The notes below the pieces were generated by a model. The model was not told the DNA's origin. It worked only from the letters and a program-made list of their open reading frames with translations, and ran no database searches. Made by a program: the position numbers and the translations under genes. From assembly GCF_000018785.1 (NCBI RefSeq), contig NC_010163.1:810001-842000 (forward strand): a stretch of DNA of 32,000 nucleotides, written 5' to 3'. This document shows positions 1-8,146 of this stretch, piece by piece. Source of the DNA: Acholeplasma laidlawii PG-8A (GTDB taxonomy: Bacteria; Bacillota_I; Bacilli_A; Acholeplasmatales; Acholeplasmataceae). Each line of letters begins with the position of its first letter. Positions within the stretch are counted from its first letter, which is position 1.

Positions 1-226
1 CATCTAACAAAGTGAATCCCGTCACTGCCCCATAAATGAAGGCAGTCATCATGATGAATACAAGTACGACGATGTTGGCTGCTAGTTCTGATGCATTATC
101 TTTTATGAATGGAACTAACCAAAGAGAAACTAACACCAATATCAAAGGATATAGCATGAAAAACATATACATTTTATCTCTTAAAATACCTTTTAATTCA
201 TGTAATAATATACGTTTAAACATCAT
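1..226 (-). CDS. ABC-2 type transporter permease, second membrane subunit (5' part only; runs off the left edge)
   Basis: Absent from the ORF track because it is truncated. The minus-strand ATG at 226..224 overlaps the TAA stop of the upstream permease (TAATG). The frame stays open to position 1 and translates as MMFKRILLHELKGILRDKMYMFFMLYPLILVLVSLWLVPF..., which is hydrophobic. Confidence 0.6.
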   Translation of the reverse strand, partial: MMFKRILLHELKGILRDKMYMFFMLYPLILVLVSLWLVPFIKDNASELAANIVVLVFIMMTAFIYGAVTGFTLLD

Positions 227-960
227 TACACCCCACTTTGTTTAACGGCATAGTGTTTGTATTTTGGATATATATAGAAGAAATAACCCAATAGTGTTAG
301 TATAATCAATATTACAAATGATAGAATTGCTTCTAATTTTAAACTAGAAATTAATCCCGATTCAATCATAAATGTTGATGCTTGAGTTGGAGATATTAAT
401 AAGATATATTTCCAAAAGTCTGCCTTAAATAAAATACCAAATTGAAATAATGCGGATGGAATCATAAAGATAAAACTATATAACATCACCATCATTAACA
501 TGGAGGTAAAATCCTTTGCATGGTATGAAAATACAAATCCCAGTAAACTATGGCTAAAAATTGAAATTAGTAAGCCTAGTATTAGAAATATAACATTTAC
601 TTCTATACCTCTAACAAAGTAAAACACTAAAACCACCAAAAGAGATGAAAATAGCATATGAATGGTATTGGCAATCGCTTTGGATAAAATTTGTTCATGA
701 TAAGTCGTTGGTGTGACTAAAATTGTTGAGATTGTTTGTTCCGATTTCTCAAAAAACATGATTGAACCAATAAAAAGTACACTCATCATCGTCGCGTCTA
801 CCATTAAGATAAAAGGCAACATTTTATTTAAGATGGCGTCATCTTCAATGAAAAATAAAACTAGAAACCATATGAAAGCAACCAAAATACTGATGGTGGT
901 TACTTTATACTTATTGAGTCTAATCAACTCACCTTTGGTTAGAAATAATAATCTACGCAT
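226..960 (-). CDS. ABC-2 type transporter permease (about 6 TM segments)
   Basis: 244-aa polytopic hydrophobic ORF. Its start overlaps the stop of the ABC ATPase by 8 nt, which suggests translational coupling. Confidence 0.75.
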   Translation of the reverse strand: MRRLLFLTKGELIRLNKYKVTTISILVAFIWFLVLFFIEDDAILNKMLPFILMVDATMMSVLFIGSIMFFEKSEQTISTILVTPTTYHEQILSKAIANTIHMLFSSLLVVLVFYFVRGIEVNVIFLILGLLISIFSHSLLGFVFSYHAKDFTSMLMMVMLYSFIFMIPSALFQFGILFKADFWKYILLISPTQASTFMIESGLISSLKLEAILSFVILIILTLLGYFFYIYPKYKHYAVKQSGV

Positions 961-1810
961 GATTGAGTCCTACACCAGTGACCTTGATGAAAATTTCTTC
1001 CAGGGTGGTTTCACCTGTATGAATAGTCTCTATTTTCTTTTCTTTTAAAAGCTTGAAAAAAGTACCATTCTCATTTAATCCATCCATATCAAAGATTTGT
1101 GATGCGGTATGATTATTTTCATTATATTCAACTTTAATGGTTCTTTTACCATATTTTATTTTTAAGTTTCTTGGGCTATCTATTTCTTTTATTTGTCCAT
1201 CCACAATAAACGCAACCCGATCACAGAGTTGATCGATATCAGCCATGATATGTGATGTGACAAAAACAGTCCCACCTTGTTTTTGATATGCTTTAATGAG
1301 ATTCTTTAAAATCATAGCATTCGCCGGGTCTAAACCATTTGTCGGTTCATCTAGAAATAGCATTTTAGGATTATTTAACATCGCTCTGACGAAATTTAAC
1401 CTAATTTTCATGCCTTTTGAAAATTCACCAACCATCTTGTTTCGATCTTCCCATAAACCAACACTTTTCATCAAGTCTTCAATATCAGCGTGGTTTTTAT
1501 ATAGTTTTAAGAAAAATTCGATGTTTTCCATTGCGGTTAGTTTTGAAAAGTGAATTGGCATTTCGAACGATACCCCAATATCTTCATAAAATGATTCATT
1601 TAATTCACTTAAACTTTTAGAATCATAATAAATACTACCTTGATAGCGATCTAAAAGTTTAATTAAGATCTTTTGTGTTGTGCTCTTCCCTGCGCCAGAT
1701 GGTCCTAAAAACCCGAAAATTTCACCTTTTTTGATTTCAAAGCTGATACCTTTAATGGTTTCTACATGATTCTTTGGATATGTAAATCTTAAGTCTCTTA
1801 CACTAAACAT
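953..1810 (-). CDS. ABC transporter ATP-binding protein (ABC-2/DrrA-like exporter subfamily)
   Basis: Walker A GPSGAGKST, signature-like FSKGMKIRL, Walker B MLFLDEPTNGLD, H-loop VTSH. Overlaps the tetR stop by 8 nt. Confidence 0.9.
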   Translation of the reverse strand: MFSVRDLRFTYPKNHVETIKGISFEIKKGEIFGFLGPSGAGKSTTQKILIKLLDRYQGSIYYDSKSLSELNESFYEDIGVSFEMPIHFSKLTAMENIEFFLKLYKNHADIEDLMKSVGLWEDRNKMVGEFSKGMKIRLNFVRAMLNNPKMLFLDEPTNGLDPANAMILKNLIKAYQKQGGTVFVTSHIMADIDQLCDRVAFIVDGQIKEIDSPRNLKIKYGKRTIKVEYNENNHTASQIFDMDGLNENGTFFKLLKEKKIETIHTGETTLEEIFIKVTGVGLNHA

Positions 1811-2366
1811 GATTTAATATTCCTTTCTTGAATATATCTAATACTGCTTTTATGCTTAGAACCCATTCAGTCTCATCTAATTTGTGGTAAATGAATGAAT
1901 CAATGGTTACCTTGTTTAAAAAATCCATGATTATCTTAGCAAGGATTTTTGAGTTGATATCAGCCCTAATTAAGCCCTTTTCTTGGTCTTTTAGAATCCA
2001 AGACTCATAAATGCCTAAGATTTGCTCAAACCCCTGTTTGACGGCTTCGCTATCTTGATATAAAGGTGATGACATCATAAACTCACCTGCTTTGACAAAT
2101 TTCGGATAGTCTCTTTTGAAATTAAGACCTGCTAAGTATAATGCTTCTACTCTTTCGATAAATGATTGTGTATGATTTGCGAAGATGTCTTTAAAATAAA
2201 TCATCTTGATTTGTCCAATATACGTCATGAAATACTGATACATGTCGTCTTTATCCTTAAAATATTGATAAAAAGACCCTCTTGGAATTGAAGCATCTTT
2301 GATGATGTTTTGAATGTTGATGTTATCATAAGTTTGCTCTTGATAACTCATCAGTAATGGCTTCAA
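1803..2366 (-). CDS. TetR/AcrR-family transcriptional regulator; the 5' end appears disrupted (see finding)
   Basis: HTH segment NIQNIIKDASIPRGSFYQYFKDKDDMY is typical of TetR. The tracked ORF starts at a TTG and lacks helix 1. The expected N-terminus lies in other frames at 2326-2419. Confidence 0.8.
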   Translation of the reverse strand: MKPLLMSYQEQTYDNINIQNIIKDASIPRGSFYQYFKDKDDMYQYFMTYIGQIKMIYFKDIFANHTQSFIERVEALYLAGLNFKRDYPKFVKAGEFMMSSPLYQDSEAVKQGFEQILGIYESWILKDQEKGLIRADINSKILAKIIMDFLNKVTIDSFIYHKLDETEWVLSIKAVLDIFKKGILNHV

Positions 2367-2433
2367 TGTAGTTTCTCTTTTTTAGGTGTTTTGAGATTGT
2401 GAAATGTCTGAGTTGGCATAGTTCCTCCTGTTA

Positions 2434-2484
2434 TGACAAGGTTGTCACATTTATAGAATACACTTAACCTTTTTCCTTGTCAAG
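2434..2484 (-). promoter_or_regulatory. Candidate sigma-A promoter plus palindromic operator of the tetR-ABC operon
   Basis: Read on the minus strand: -35 TTGACA (2483..2478), 17-nt spacer, -10 TATTCT (2460..2455). A perfect 6-2-6 palindrome TGACAA-CC-TTGTCA (2447..2434) lies between the -10 and the AGGAGG SD. Confidence 0.5.
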
Positions 2485-2742
2485 CAAAAAAACTGATATG
2501 TAGTGATAAAAGTTGATGACTTATCTTTTTTCCAAAATATCAATTATACCTTTGTCATCCATAAACGTTTTTATAATCTCTGTTTTTAATTGATTTTGTT
2601 ATTTTAATATATAAATCATTCATCTTTTAAAAATTCAGATAGTTTTTTAGAACAAATGCCTCCTGTATAAAAGGTTATAATCCGGCAAATACAGAATAAA
2701 AAAATCAATAGAACTAATAAAAGATTAATCAAGTTGCTATAG

Positions 2743-2919
2743 GAACATTACAATGGTTATGATTTATACAATCTATATCCTGAAGTGACTGACAATAAAA
2801 AACAAGTGGATTTAGAAGGCAGTAAAAATTTAGATTTCTTAGATAAGCTAATAGAGCAAATTGCAAAGGACACAAGAGATGAAATTTTGATCTTTGGAAG
2901 GACAAAGATAATACCATAA
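2743..2919 (+). pseudogene. Start-less C-terminal fragment of an unidentified gene
   Basis: 58 sense codons directly after a TAG with no start codon: EHYNGYDLYNLYPEVTDNKKQVDLEGSKNLDFLDKLIEQIAKDTRDEILIFGRTKIIP*. The composition is protein-like. The tracked antisense ORF 2729..2923 is probably its shadow. Confidence 0.3.
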
Positions 2920-2974
2920 ACATTTGAAAAATTTTGTTAAGAAATCCTAAATCAAATAGTATTAATAAGTATTT

Positions 2975-3072
2975 AAGGGTGCGATGTTTTTTACGGGCTA
3001 CTAAATTCTAAAAATAGTTGACCTAACACATATTAACAAAACAGTGTTGATACAATTGTATCGACCTAATAG
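2975..3072. repeat. Left arm of a long imperfect inverted repeat (partner at 5521-5668)
   Basis: 3040-3065 aacagtgttgatacaattgtatcgac is the exact reverse complement of 5534-5559. The match extends to 39 bp with 2 mismatches (3027-3065 vs 5534-5572). It contains the palindrome GATACAATTGTATC (3049-3062). Two minus-strand repeats, TTAGTAGCCC (3004..2995) and TCGCACCCTT (2984..2975), start 20 bp apart. Confidence 0.85.
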
Positions 3073-3215
3073 AATATGAAAGTAAGAAGAATTTGCCTCC
3101 ATTCATTTCATTTTACAATGATTTGAATAGAAGCATTCTTTTTTTATTGTGTCCCACTATATTGGGTCAGTTCCATGCGACTAGTAATAGTCGTATTTTT
3201 TTATATCTAAAATAA

Positions 3216-3246
3216 ATAAAAAAGAAGTCACCTTAAATGACTTCTT
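3216..3246 (-). terminator. Intrinsic terminator of trpB
   Basis: Minus strand: AAGAAGTCA-tttaagg-TGACTTCTT followed by a T-run, 9 nt after the trpB stop. Confidence 0.75.
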
Positions 3247-3254
3247 CATATATA

Positions 3255-4430
3255 TCAATCAACGATTTCAAAACCTCTAAACCTAGCAATATGCTTAACA
3301 TCTTTATCGCCACGACCAGATAAGTTAACAACAATAATCTGATCCTTTGGTAAAGTTTTTGCAAGCGATATTGCATAGGCTAGAGCATGAGAGGATTCTA
3401 TTGCAGGTATGATACCTTCTATAAGTGTTAAATACTCAAATGCTTGTACAGCTTCTTCATCTGTTGCACCAAAGTAAGTAACACGTTTAATTTCATCTAA
3501 ATATGCATGTTCTGGACCAACACCAGGGTAGTCAAGTCCGGCAGAAATCGAGTATACTGGTGAAATTTCACCTTTATCATCCAATAAAACTTTAGTCTTC
3601 ATTCCATGAATAACCCCAGTTTGACCAAGTGTCATCGTAGCAGCATGTAAATTTGTATCTAAACCTTTACCTAACGCTTCAACGCCAATAAGTTTTACAG
3701 TAGGATCCGGAATAAAATCAAAGAATGCACCAATTGCATTAGACCCGCCACCAACACAAGCAATGACATAATCTGGTAGTCTATTTTCTAATTTTAGTAT
3801 TTGTTCTTTAATCTCAATACCAATAACTTTTTGGAAATCACGAACCATCATCGGATATGGATGTGGTCCAACTGCTGAACCAATTAAGTAAAACATTGAT
3901 TCATGTTCAGTACTCCATTTTATTAAAGCACTATCAACAGCTTCTTTAAGTGTTCTTAATCCTTCTTGAACACTAACTACAGTTGCACCTAAAAGTTGCA
4001 TCTTATAAACATTAAGTGCTTGTTTTTCAACATCTACTGCACCCATATGAATTTCACATTCTAAACCAAGTAGTGCTGCTACAGTTGCAGTGGCTACACC
4101 ATGTTGTCCAGCACCTGTTTCTGCAATCAACTTCTTTTTACCCATACGTTTAGCAAGTAACGCTTGCCCAATGACATTATTAATTTTGTGAGAACCTGTA
4201 TGATTTAAGTCTTCACGTTTTAAATATACTTTTGCACCACCAAGACATTCTGTTAAGCGTTTAGCAAAATACAAATTAGAAGGTCTACCAGCATATGTAT
4301 TGAGTAAGTCTTTAAATTCTTCAATAAATGCAGGATCATCCTTGAATTTATTATATGCATCCTCTACTTCTTTAATTGCGGTAAGTAAGTACGGTGGTAA
4401 GTATGCCCCACCAAATTGTCCAAATTCCAT
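3255..4430 (-). CDS. trpB: Tryptophan synthase beta chain (TrpB1-type length, 391 aa), stand-alone
   Basis: Motifs [25 protein letters not shown] (PLP lysine), [20 protein letters not shown]. No trpA or other trp genes occur in the window. Confidence 0.93.
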   Translation of the reverse strand: MEFGQFGGAYLPPYLLTAIKEVEDAYNKFKDDPAFIEEFKDLLNTYAGRPSNLYFAKRLTECLGGAKVYLKREDLNHTGSHKINNVIGQALLAKRMGKKKLIAETGAGQHGVATATVAALLGLECEIHMGAVDVEKQALNVYKMQLLGATVVSVQEGLRTLKEAVDSALIKWSTEHESMFYLIGSAVGPHPYPMMVRDFQKVIGIEIKEQILKLENRLPDYVIACVGGGSNAIGAFFDFIPDPTVKLIGVEALGKGLDTNLHAATMTLGQTGVIHGMKTKVLLDDKGEISPVYSISAGLDYPGVGPEHAYLDEIKRVTYFGATDEEAVQAFEYLTLIEGIIPAIESSHALAYAISLAKTLPKDQIIVVNLSGRGDKDVKHIARFRGFEIVD

Positions 4431-4444
4431 TTTCTTTCTCCTTT

Positions 4445-4756
4445 AGTATTATTAATATCTAGATAAAATAAAAACCCCTACATGGTTATCCATGTAAGGG
4501 ACGAATATATCGTGGTGCCACCCTGATTTAGAAATCTAAAAAGATTTCCCTCTTTCACATACGCTAACATTGAAGTTATTAATATGTTAACCCCTATAAC
4601 GTGGGGTATATCGTCATTCGCTACTTACTTTACGTCATTTCACAAATGCTTCTCAGCAATCCCATTCACAAGGTTTCATTTATACCTACCTTTCACCTTT
4701 GGTAAGCTCGCTTATCATAAAGAAATGACTTGTTACTATTTTGCATCTTCGAATTT
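4445..4756 (-). promoter_or_regulatory. T-box leader (tRNA-sensing riboswitch), probable Trp specificity, with terminator/antiterminator
   Basis: Minus strand: T-box sequence AAATCAGGGTGGCACCACG (4529..4511). Terminator CCCTTACATGG-ataa-CCATGTAGGGG plus a T-run (4500..4465). Candidate specifier GAA-UGG-G, with the TGG at 4664..4662. Confidence 0.85.
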
Positions 4757-4761
4757 ATCTC

Positions 4762-4790
4762 ATTATAAGACAAATAAATACTAATTGCAA
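4762..4790 (-). promoter_or_regulatory. Promoter of the T-box-trpB transcript
   Basis: Minus strand: -35 TTGCAA (4790..4785), 17-nt spacer, -10 TATAAT (4767..4762). Confidence 0.6.
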
Positions 4791-4843
4791 CCCTAAAGTT
4801 AAAAAAAGAACCAATAAGTATTTATTGATTCTCAGACCGTTGA

Positions 4844-4887
4844 AAAAGTATTTTACTCAGATGGTTATTGGGTAAAGTACTTTTTTT
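4844..4887. terminator. Long hairpin flanked by A- and T-runs (possible bidirectional terminator or insulator)
   Basis: AAAAGTATTTTAC (4844-4856) pairs with GTAAAGTACTTTT (4872-4884), giving 13 bp with one G-U and a 15-nt loop. T7 follows and A5 precedes. Confidence 0.45.
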
Positions 4888-5083
4888 CTTTCTATTGTAT
4901 AATATTTGTTTGAAGATTGAGTTTGGTCCTTGCGGCGTCGATTGCTAATAACGGTATGACATTGAGATCACTTAATAGACCTACATCTGTTTTGGAATCT
5001 TCCTTTTTAATTTTCCTTGATTAATATTCATAATTACTATATAAAATGTATATAGTAAAACTTATTTATAGGGGTATAAGTAT

Positions 5084-5497
5084 ATGTTTATGAATGAAGA
5101 TAGATTAAAGGATGAATTTATTCTTTCAACTTTAAATGATTTTGTTCCTGAAGAACACTTAGTTAGAAATATAACTAAATGGGTCGATTTTTCTTTTATC
5201 TATGACTTAACCAAACCTTATTATTCAGATAAAGGTCGTCCTGCCATCGATCCTCTTGTCCTTTTTAAAATTCCTATTATTAAAAGTTTGTTTGGTATTT
5301 CATCTATTCAAAGAACTTGTGAGGAAATTCATGTCAATGTGGCTTATCGTTGGTTTATTAATTTGCCATTCTCTGAAAAAATACCTGACCATTCAACTTA
5401 CTCTAAAAATTATACGCAGCGCTTTTATCAAACAGATATTTATCATCAAATTTTTACGAACGTTCTGAATCAAATTATCAAACTGCTCTGCTACTAA
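5084..5497 (+). pseudogene. IS1182/IS5-type transposase, N-terminal fragment only (137 aa)
   Basis: FVPEEHLVRNI...YSDKGRPAIDPLVLFKIPIIKSLFGISSIQRTCEEIHVNVAYRWF...IPDHSTYSKN matches the DUF772-type transposase N-domain. No DDE catalytic part follows. Confidence 0.7.
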
Positions 5498-5520
5498 AAA
5501 AGGGATTATCTCCCTATTTT

Positions 5521-5668
5521 CCTATTCTTTAAAGTCGATACAATTGTATCAACACTGTTATGCTAATATGTGTGATGCTACCTATTTTAATACAAATTAG
5601 CACCCCATGAATTTTTTTAGCACCCTTTGCCTAATTTTAGCACCCCTACTGAAAAGTTGCGCACTCCC
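5521..5668. repeat. Right arm of the inverted repeat, with four 20-bp-phased direct repeats
   Basis: Core 5534-5559 gtcgatacaattgtatcaacactgtt, with the palindrome at 5537-5550. TTAGCACCCC starts at 5597, TTAGCACCCT at 5617, TTAGCACCCC at 5637 and TTGCGCACTCCC at 5657, an exact 20-bp period. Confidence 0.85.
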
Positions 5669-5768
5669 TATGAAGTATATTATTCAAGTTAAGACATTAT
5701 TACTTAAAATGCCCACTATATTGATATGAAGCAGCCTTTACGATCATATTTGTAGAGTCTAGAAATTA

Positions 5769-6015
5769 TCAAAGTTCATATTGTAGTAGTTGATTAACAG
5801 CACTTTCTACATGAAATCTGAAAATTTCCTTAATATCTTTACCTTCGACTAGCGTTTTTAAGATTTCTAATGTAAAATTATTCATGAGGGATCTCCTTTG
5901 TATATTGGTTTTAGACAACTCTATTATACTGAAGTGAGATTCCTTTTTTAATTATATTCAGATTTTCATTTACACAAAATATTTTACACTATGATTTCTA
6001 AACTGTACGTCTTTC
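5769..6015 (-). mobile_element. IS256-family remnant: left end plus the first 38 codons of the transposase
   Basis: Minus strand: AAAGGAG SD, then MNNFTLEILKTLVEGKDIKEIFRFHVESAVNQLLQYEL* (5885..5769), which resembles IS256/Mutator transposase N-termini and then stops. The upstream GAAAGACGTAC...GTGTAAAA resembles the IS256 terminal repeat as I recall it. Confidence 0.55.
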
Positions 6016-6132
6016 AAAATAATGATTTTCAGCTATCTTTGCATAACTTAATTCCTTTAATTTAACATCCAGTTTAAAATTAAATTATTTATAAACACGT
6101 TATATTGCTTCCAATCCATATTACTTATTGTA

Positions 6133-7767
6133 TCATCCTGCACAACAAGATAATTTTGAAACATCTTTATCAAACGCTAGTGCTGCTAATTTTAACCCCT
6201 CGGCCATTGTTAAATATGGAGCAAGACTATCTATAAGATTTTCAATAGTAAGTCCATGTTTTACCGCTAGTAATGCTGCATAAATAACATCTCCTGCATT
6301 TTCAGATACAATATGTGCACCTAGTATTCTATGTGTTCTTGTATCTGCAACCAACTTAAATATGCCGGTTGTTTCACGATTTACTATTGCTCTGGGGACT
6401 AAATTTAAATTGATTACAGAAGTTTTTACTTCATAGCCTATATTTTTAGCTTCTTTCTCTGTTAATCCAACGGTTGCAATTGCTGGGTTTGTAAAAGTAA
6501 CTGCAGGTACAGTCGATAAATCGATTTTTTTATTTAATCCGCCTATAGCATTGTCTGCAACAATTCCACCTTCATATGCTGCCACATAGACAAATTGTGG
6601 TCCTAAAGTAACATCTCCAGCTGCATAGATTTTATTGTTACTCGTTCTTCCATAATCATCTATTATAATTTCATTGCTTTCTCCTACATTAACGTCTGCA
6701 GCACTTAAATTTAAAGTGTCTGTATTAGGTTTTCTTCCTGTTGCAATCAATAATTGTTCTGATTCAATAATCTCATTTTTACCATCAACTGTAATATAAA
6801 CCTTTTTGATATCACCAATTTGTTCTATTCGTTCGTAAGCTACACCTTTAATAAGTTCTATACCTTGTTCAATCAATGATTTTTCGACAGTATCTGAAAT
6901 TTCAGGATCATAGTCTTTCAGAAGTTGTTTTCCCCTTTGGATAATCGTGACTTTTGAACCTAAATTATGAAAAAGTTGCCCCAGTTCTAATCCAATATAT
7001 CCTGATCCAATCACTGTTAATCGTCTTGGTGTTTCTTTTAAATCAAGTAATGTTGTGCTTGTTAAATAATCAACAAATTCAAGTCCATGAATTTTAGGTA
7101 TATAAGACGATGCTCCAGTAGCAATTAAATAATTTTTTGCAATATATCTATTATCATTAACTTCAATTGTTGTTTTATTAATAAATCTCGCTTCACCTTT
7201 AACTAAATCAATACCGTATTCATCGATTAAATTTATATATTTCTGACTACGAAGCTCATTGACTAATTCATCTTTTTGTTTTACTAAAGTTGCTAAATCC
7301 ACTTTTTGAGCATTTGTTTTTAAGCCAATGAATGGATTAGACTTTGCTGCTTGATTGATTTCTCCTGCTCTAAGAAGCGTTTTTGATGGAATGCAACCTA
7401 CATTTACACAAGTCCCTCCAACTTCCCCACGTTCAACAATAGCAACTGTTGCACCGTATTCTATTGCTTTAATTGCCGCAGAAAAAGCAGCAGCCCCAGA
7501 TCCAATTATAATAAGATCATAAATCTTATCCTCACTATCGTTTTTATTAAAGGATACTTCTTCTATCATTCCAGCTTGATACTTAATATTATTTATCGCA
7601 ATTTTTGAAAGTTCGACATCAGTATCTTTTGGAAGTTCAAATATTGCTTCTCCATTGTGAAAACTTGCTTTAACATTTATTGCACCTATTTTTTCAAGTG
7701 CTTCCACTATGTGACCCTCGCAACCTTTACAAGTCATCCCTTGTATTTTCATCTTAAGTTTTTTCAT
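6133..7767 (-). CDS. merA: Mercuric (Hg2+) reductase MerA with N-terminal HMA (NmerA) domain
   Basis: N-terminal GMTCKGC, FAD motif GSGAAAF, redox-active [14 protein letters not shown]-terminal vicinal pair KLSCCAG. 544 aa. Confidence 0.9.
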   Translation of the reverse strand: MKKLKMKIQGMTCKGCEGHIVEALEKIGAINVKASFHNGEAIFELPKDTDVELSKIAINNIKYQAGMIEEVSFNKNDSEDKIYDLIIIGSGAAAFSAAIKAIEYGATVAIVERGEVGGTCVNVGCIPSKTLLRAGEINQAAKSNPFIGLKTNAQKVDLATLVKQKDELVNELRSQKYINLIDEYGIDLVKGEARFINKTTIEVNDNRYIAKNYLIATGASSYIPKIHGLEFVDYLTSTTLLDLKETPRRLTVIGSGYIGLELGQLFHNLGSKVTIIQRGKQLLKDYDPEISDTVEKSLIEQGIELIKGVAYERIEQIGDIKKVYITVDGKNEIIESEQLLIATGRKPNTDTLNLSAADVNVGESNEIIIDDYGRTSNNKIYAAGDVTLGPQFVYVAAYEGGIVADNAIGGLNKKIDLSTVPAVTFTNPAIATVGLTEKEAKNIGYEVKTSVINLNLVPRAIVNRETTGIFKLVADTRTHRILGAHIVSENAGDVIYAALLAVKHGLTIENLIDSLAPYLTMAEGLKLAALAFDKDVSKLSCCAG

Positions 7768-7856
7768 AAGTATTTTTTCTCCATTCTAGGATTTACTCCA
7801 TATCATATCCATTTAAATTTTAAATTTATTTATTACTTTTATTCTTGTTTAATATA

Positions 7857-8126
7857 TCAAAAATATGTTATATTTTCTTGTTCTTTTCTCAGTTGATGCT
7901 CATCTGCCGTTTCTGTTTCTGTTAAAACTTCATAGCCAACAGCTTTTACAGCCTTTTTAACATCTTCGATAGAAACTTTATCCATATCATAATCAAAGGT
8001 TAACTTTTCGGTTGTTAAATTGACATTGACATTTGTTATACCATCTAGTTTAGCTGTTGCTTTTTCAACAGATGCTACACAGGATGCACATGTCATACCT
8101 TTAACACTTAAATTTTCATGTTTCAT
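7857..8126 (-). CDS. Heavy-metal-associated (HMA) domain protein: CopZ-like chaperone or the 5' remnant of a copA P-type ATPase
   Basis: GMTCASCVASVEKA...VNVNLTTEKLTFDYD is CopA/CopZ-like. There is no signal peptide, so it is not MerP. The 20-aa tail ADEHQLRKEQENITYF resembles the linker that precedes TM1 of CopA. Confidence 0.75.
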   Translation of the reverse strand: MKHENLSVKGMTCASCVASVEKATAKLDGITNVNVNLTTEKLTFDYDMDKVSIEDVKKAVKAVGYEVLTETETADEHQLRKEQENITYF

Positions 8127-8146
8127 CTAATCACCTTATCTTTCTC

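Noticed and set aside
713-1620. Plus-strand ORFs 713..1048, 1296..1553 and 1417..1620. The same applies to 36..245, 5256..5468, 7657..7896, 9120..9377, 10546..10893, 14827..15009, 16069..16281, 16532..16717, 18056..18310, 21133..21414, 21171..21383, 23931..24128, 24243..24455, 25192..25383, 26808..27005, 28691..28933, 30234..30479, 31320..31580 and 31593..31877
   Set aside because: All lie antisense to, or out of frame within, long motif-supported genes. They lack SD sequences and are the shadow ORFs typical of AT-rich DNA.
2729-2923. Tracked 64-aa minus-strand ORF
   Set aside because: It has no SD and a Cys/Leu/Phe-rich, low-complexity translation. The opposite strand carries a more protein-like start-less fragment (2743-2919).
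3151-3170. The 12-mer cccactatattg shared with 5712-5723 (a cccactat also occurs at 29336)
   Set aside because: Short AT-rich exact matches of this length are expected many times by chance in 32 kb, and the flanks are not similar.
4584-4784. Tracked 66-aa plus-strand ORF
   Set aside because: It lies entirely antisense to the T-box leader and promoter of trpB, has no SD, and its composition looks like non-coding sequence.
5597-5668. TTAGCACCC repeats resemble the CIRCE half-site (TTAGCACTC-N9-GAGTGCTAA) bound by HrcA
   Set aside because: The copies are direct repeats with a 20-bp period, not an inverted pair with a 9-nt spacer. No chaperone gene follows.
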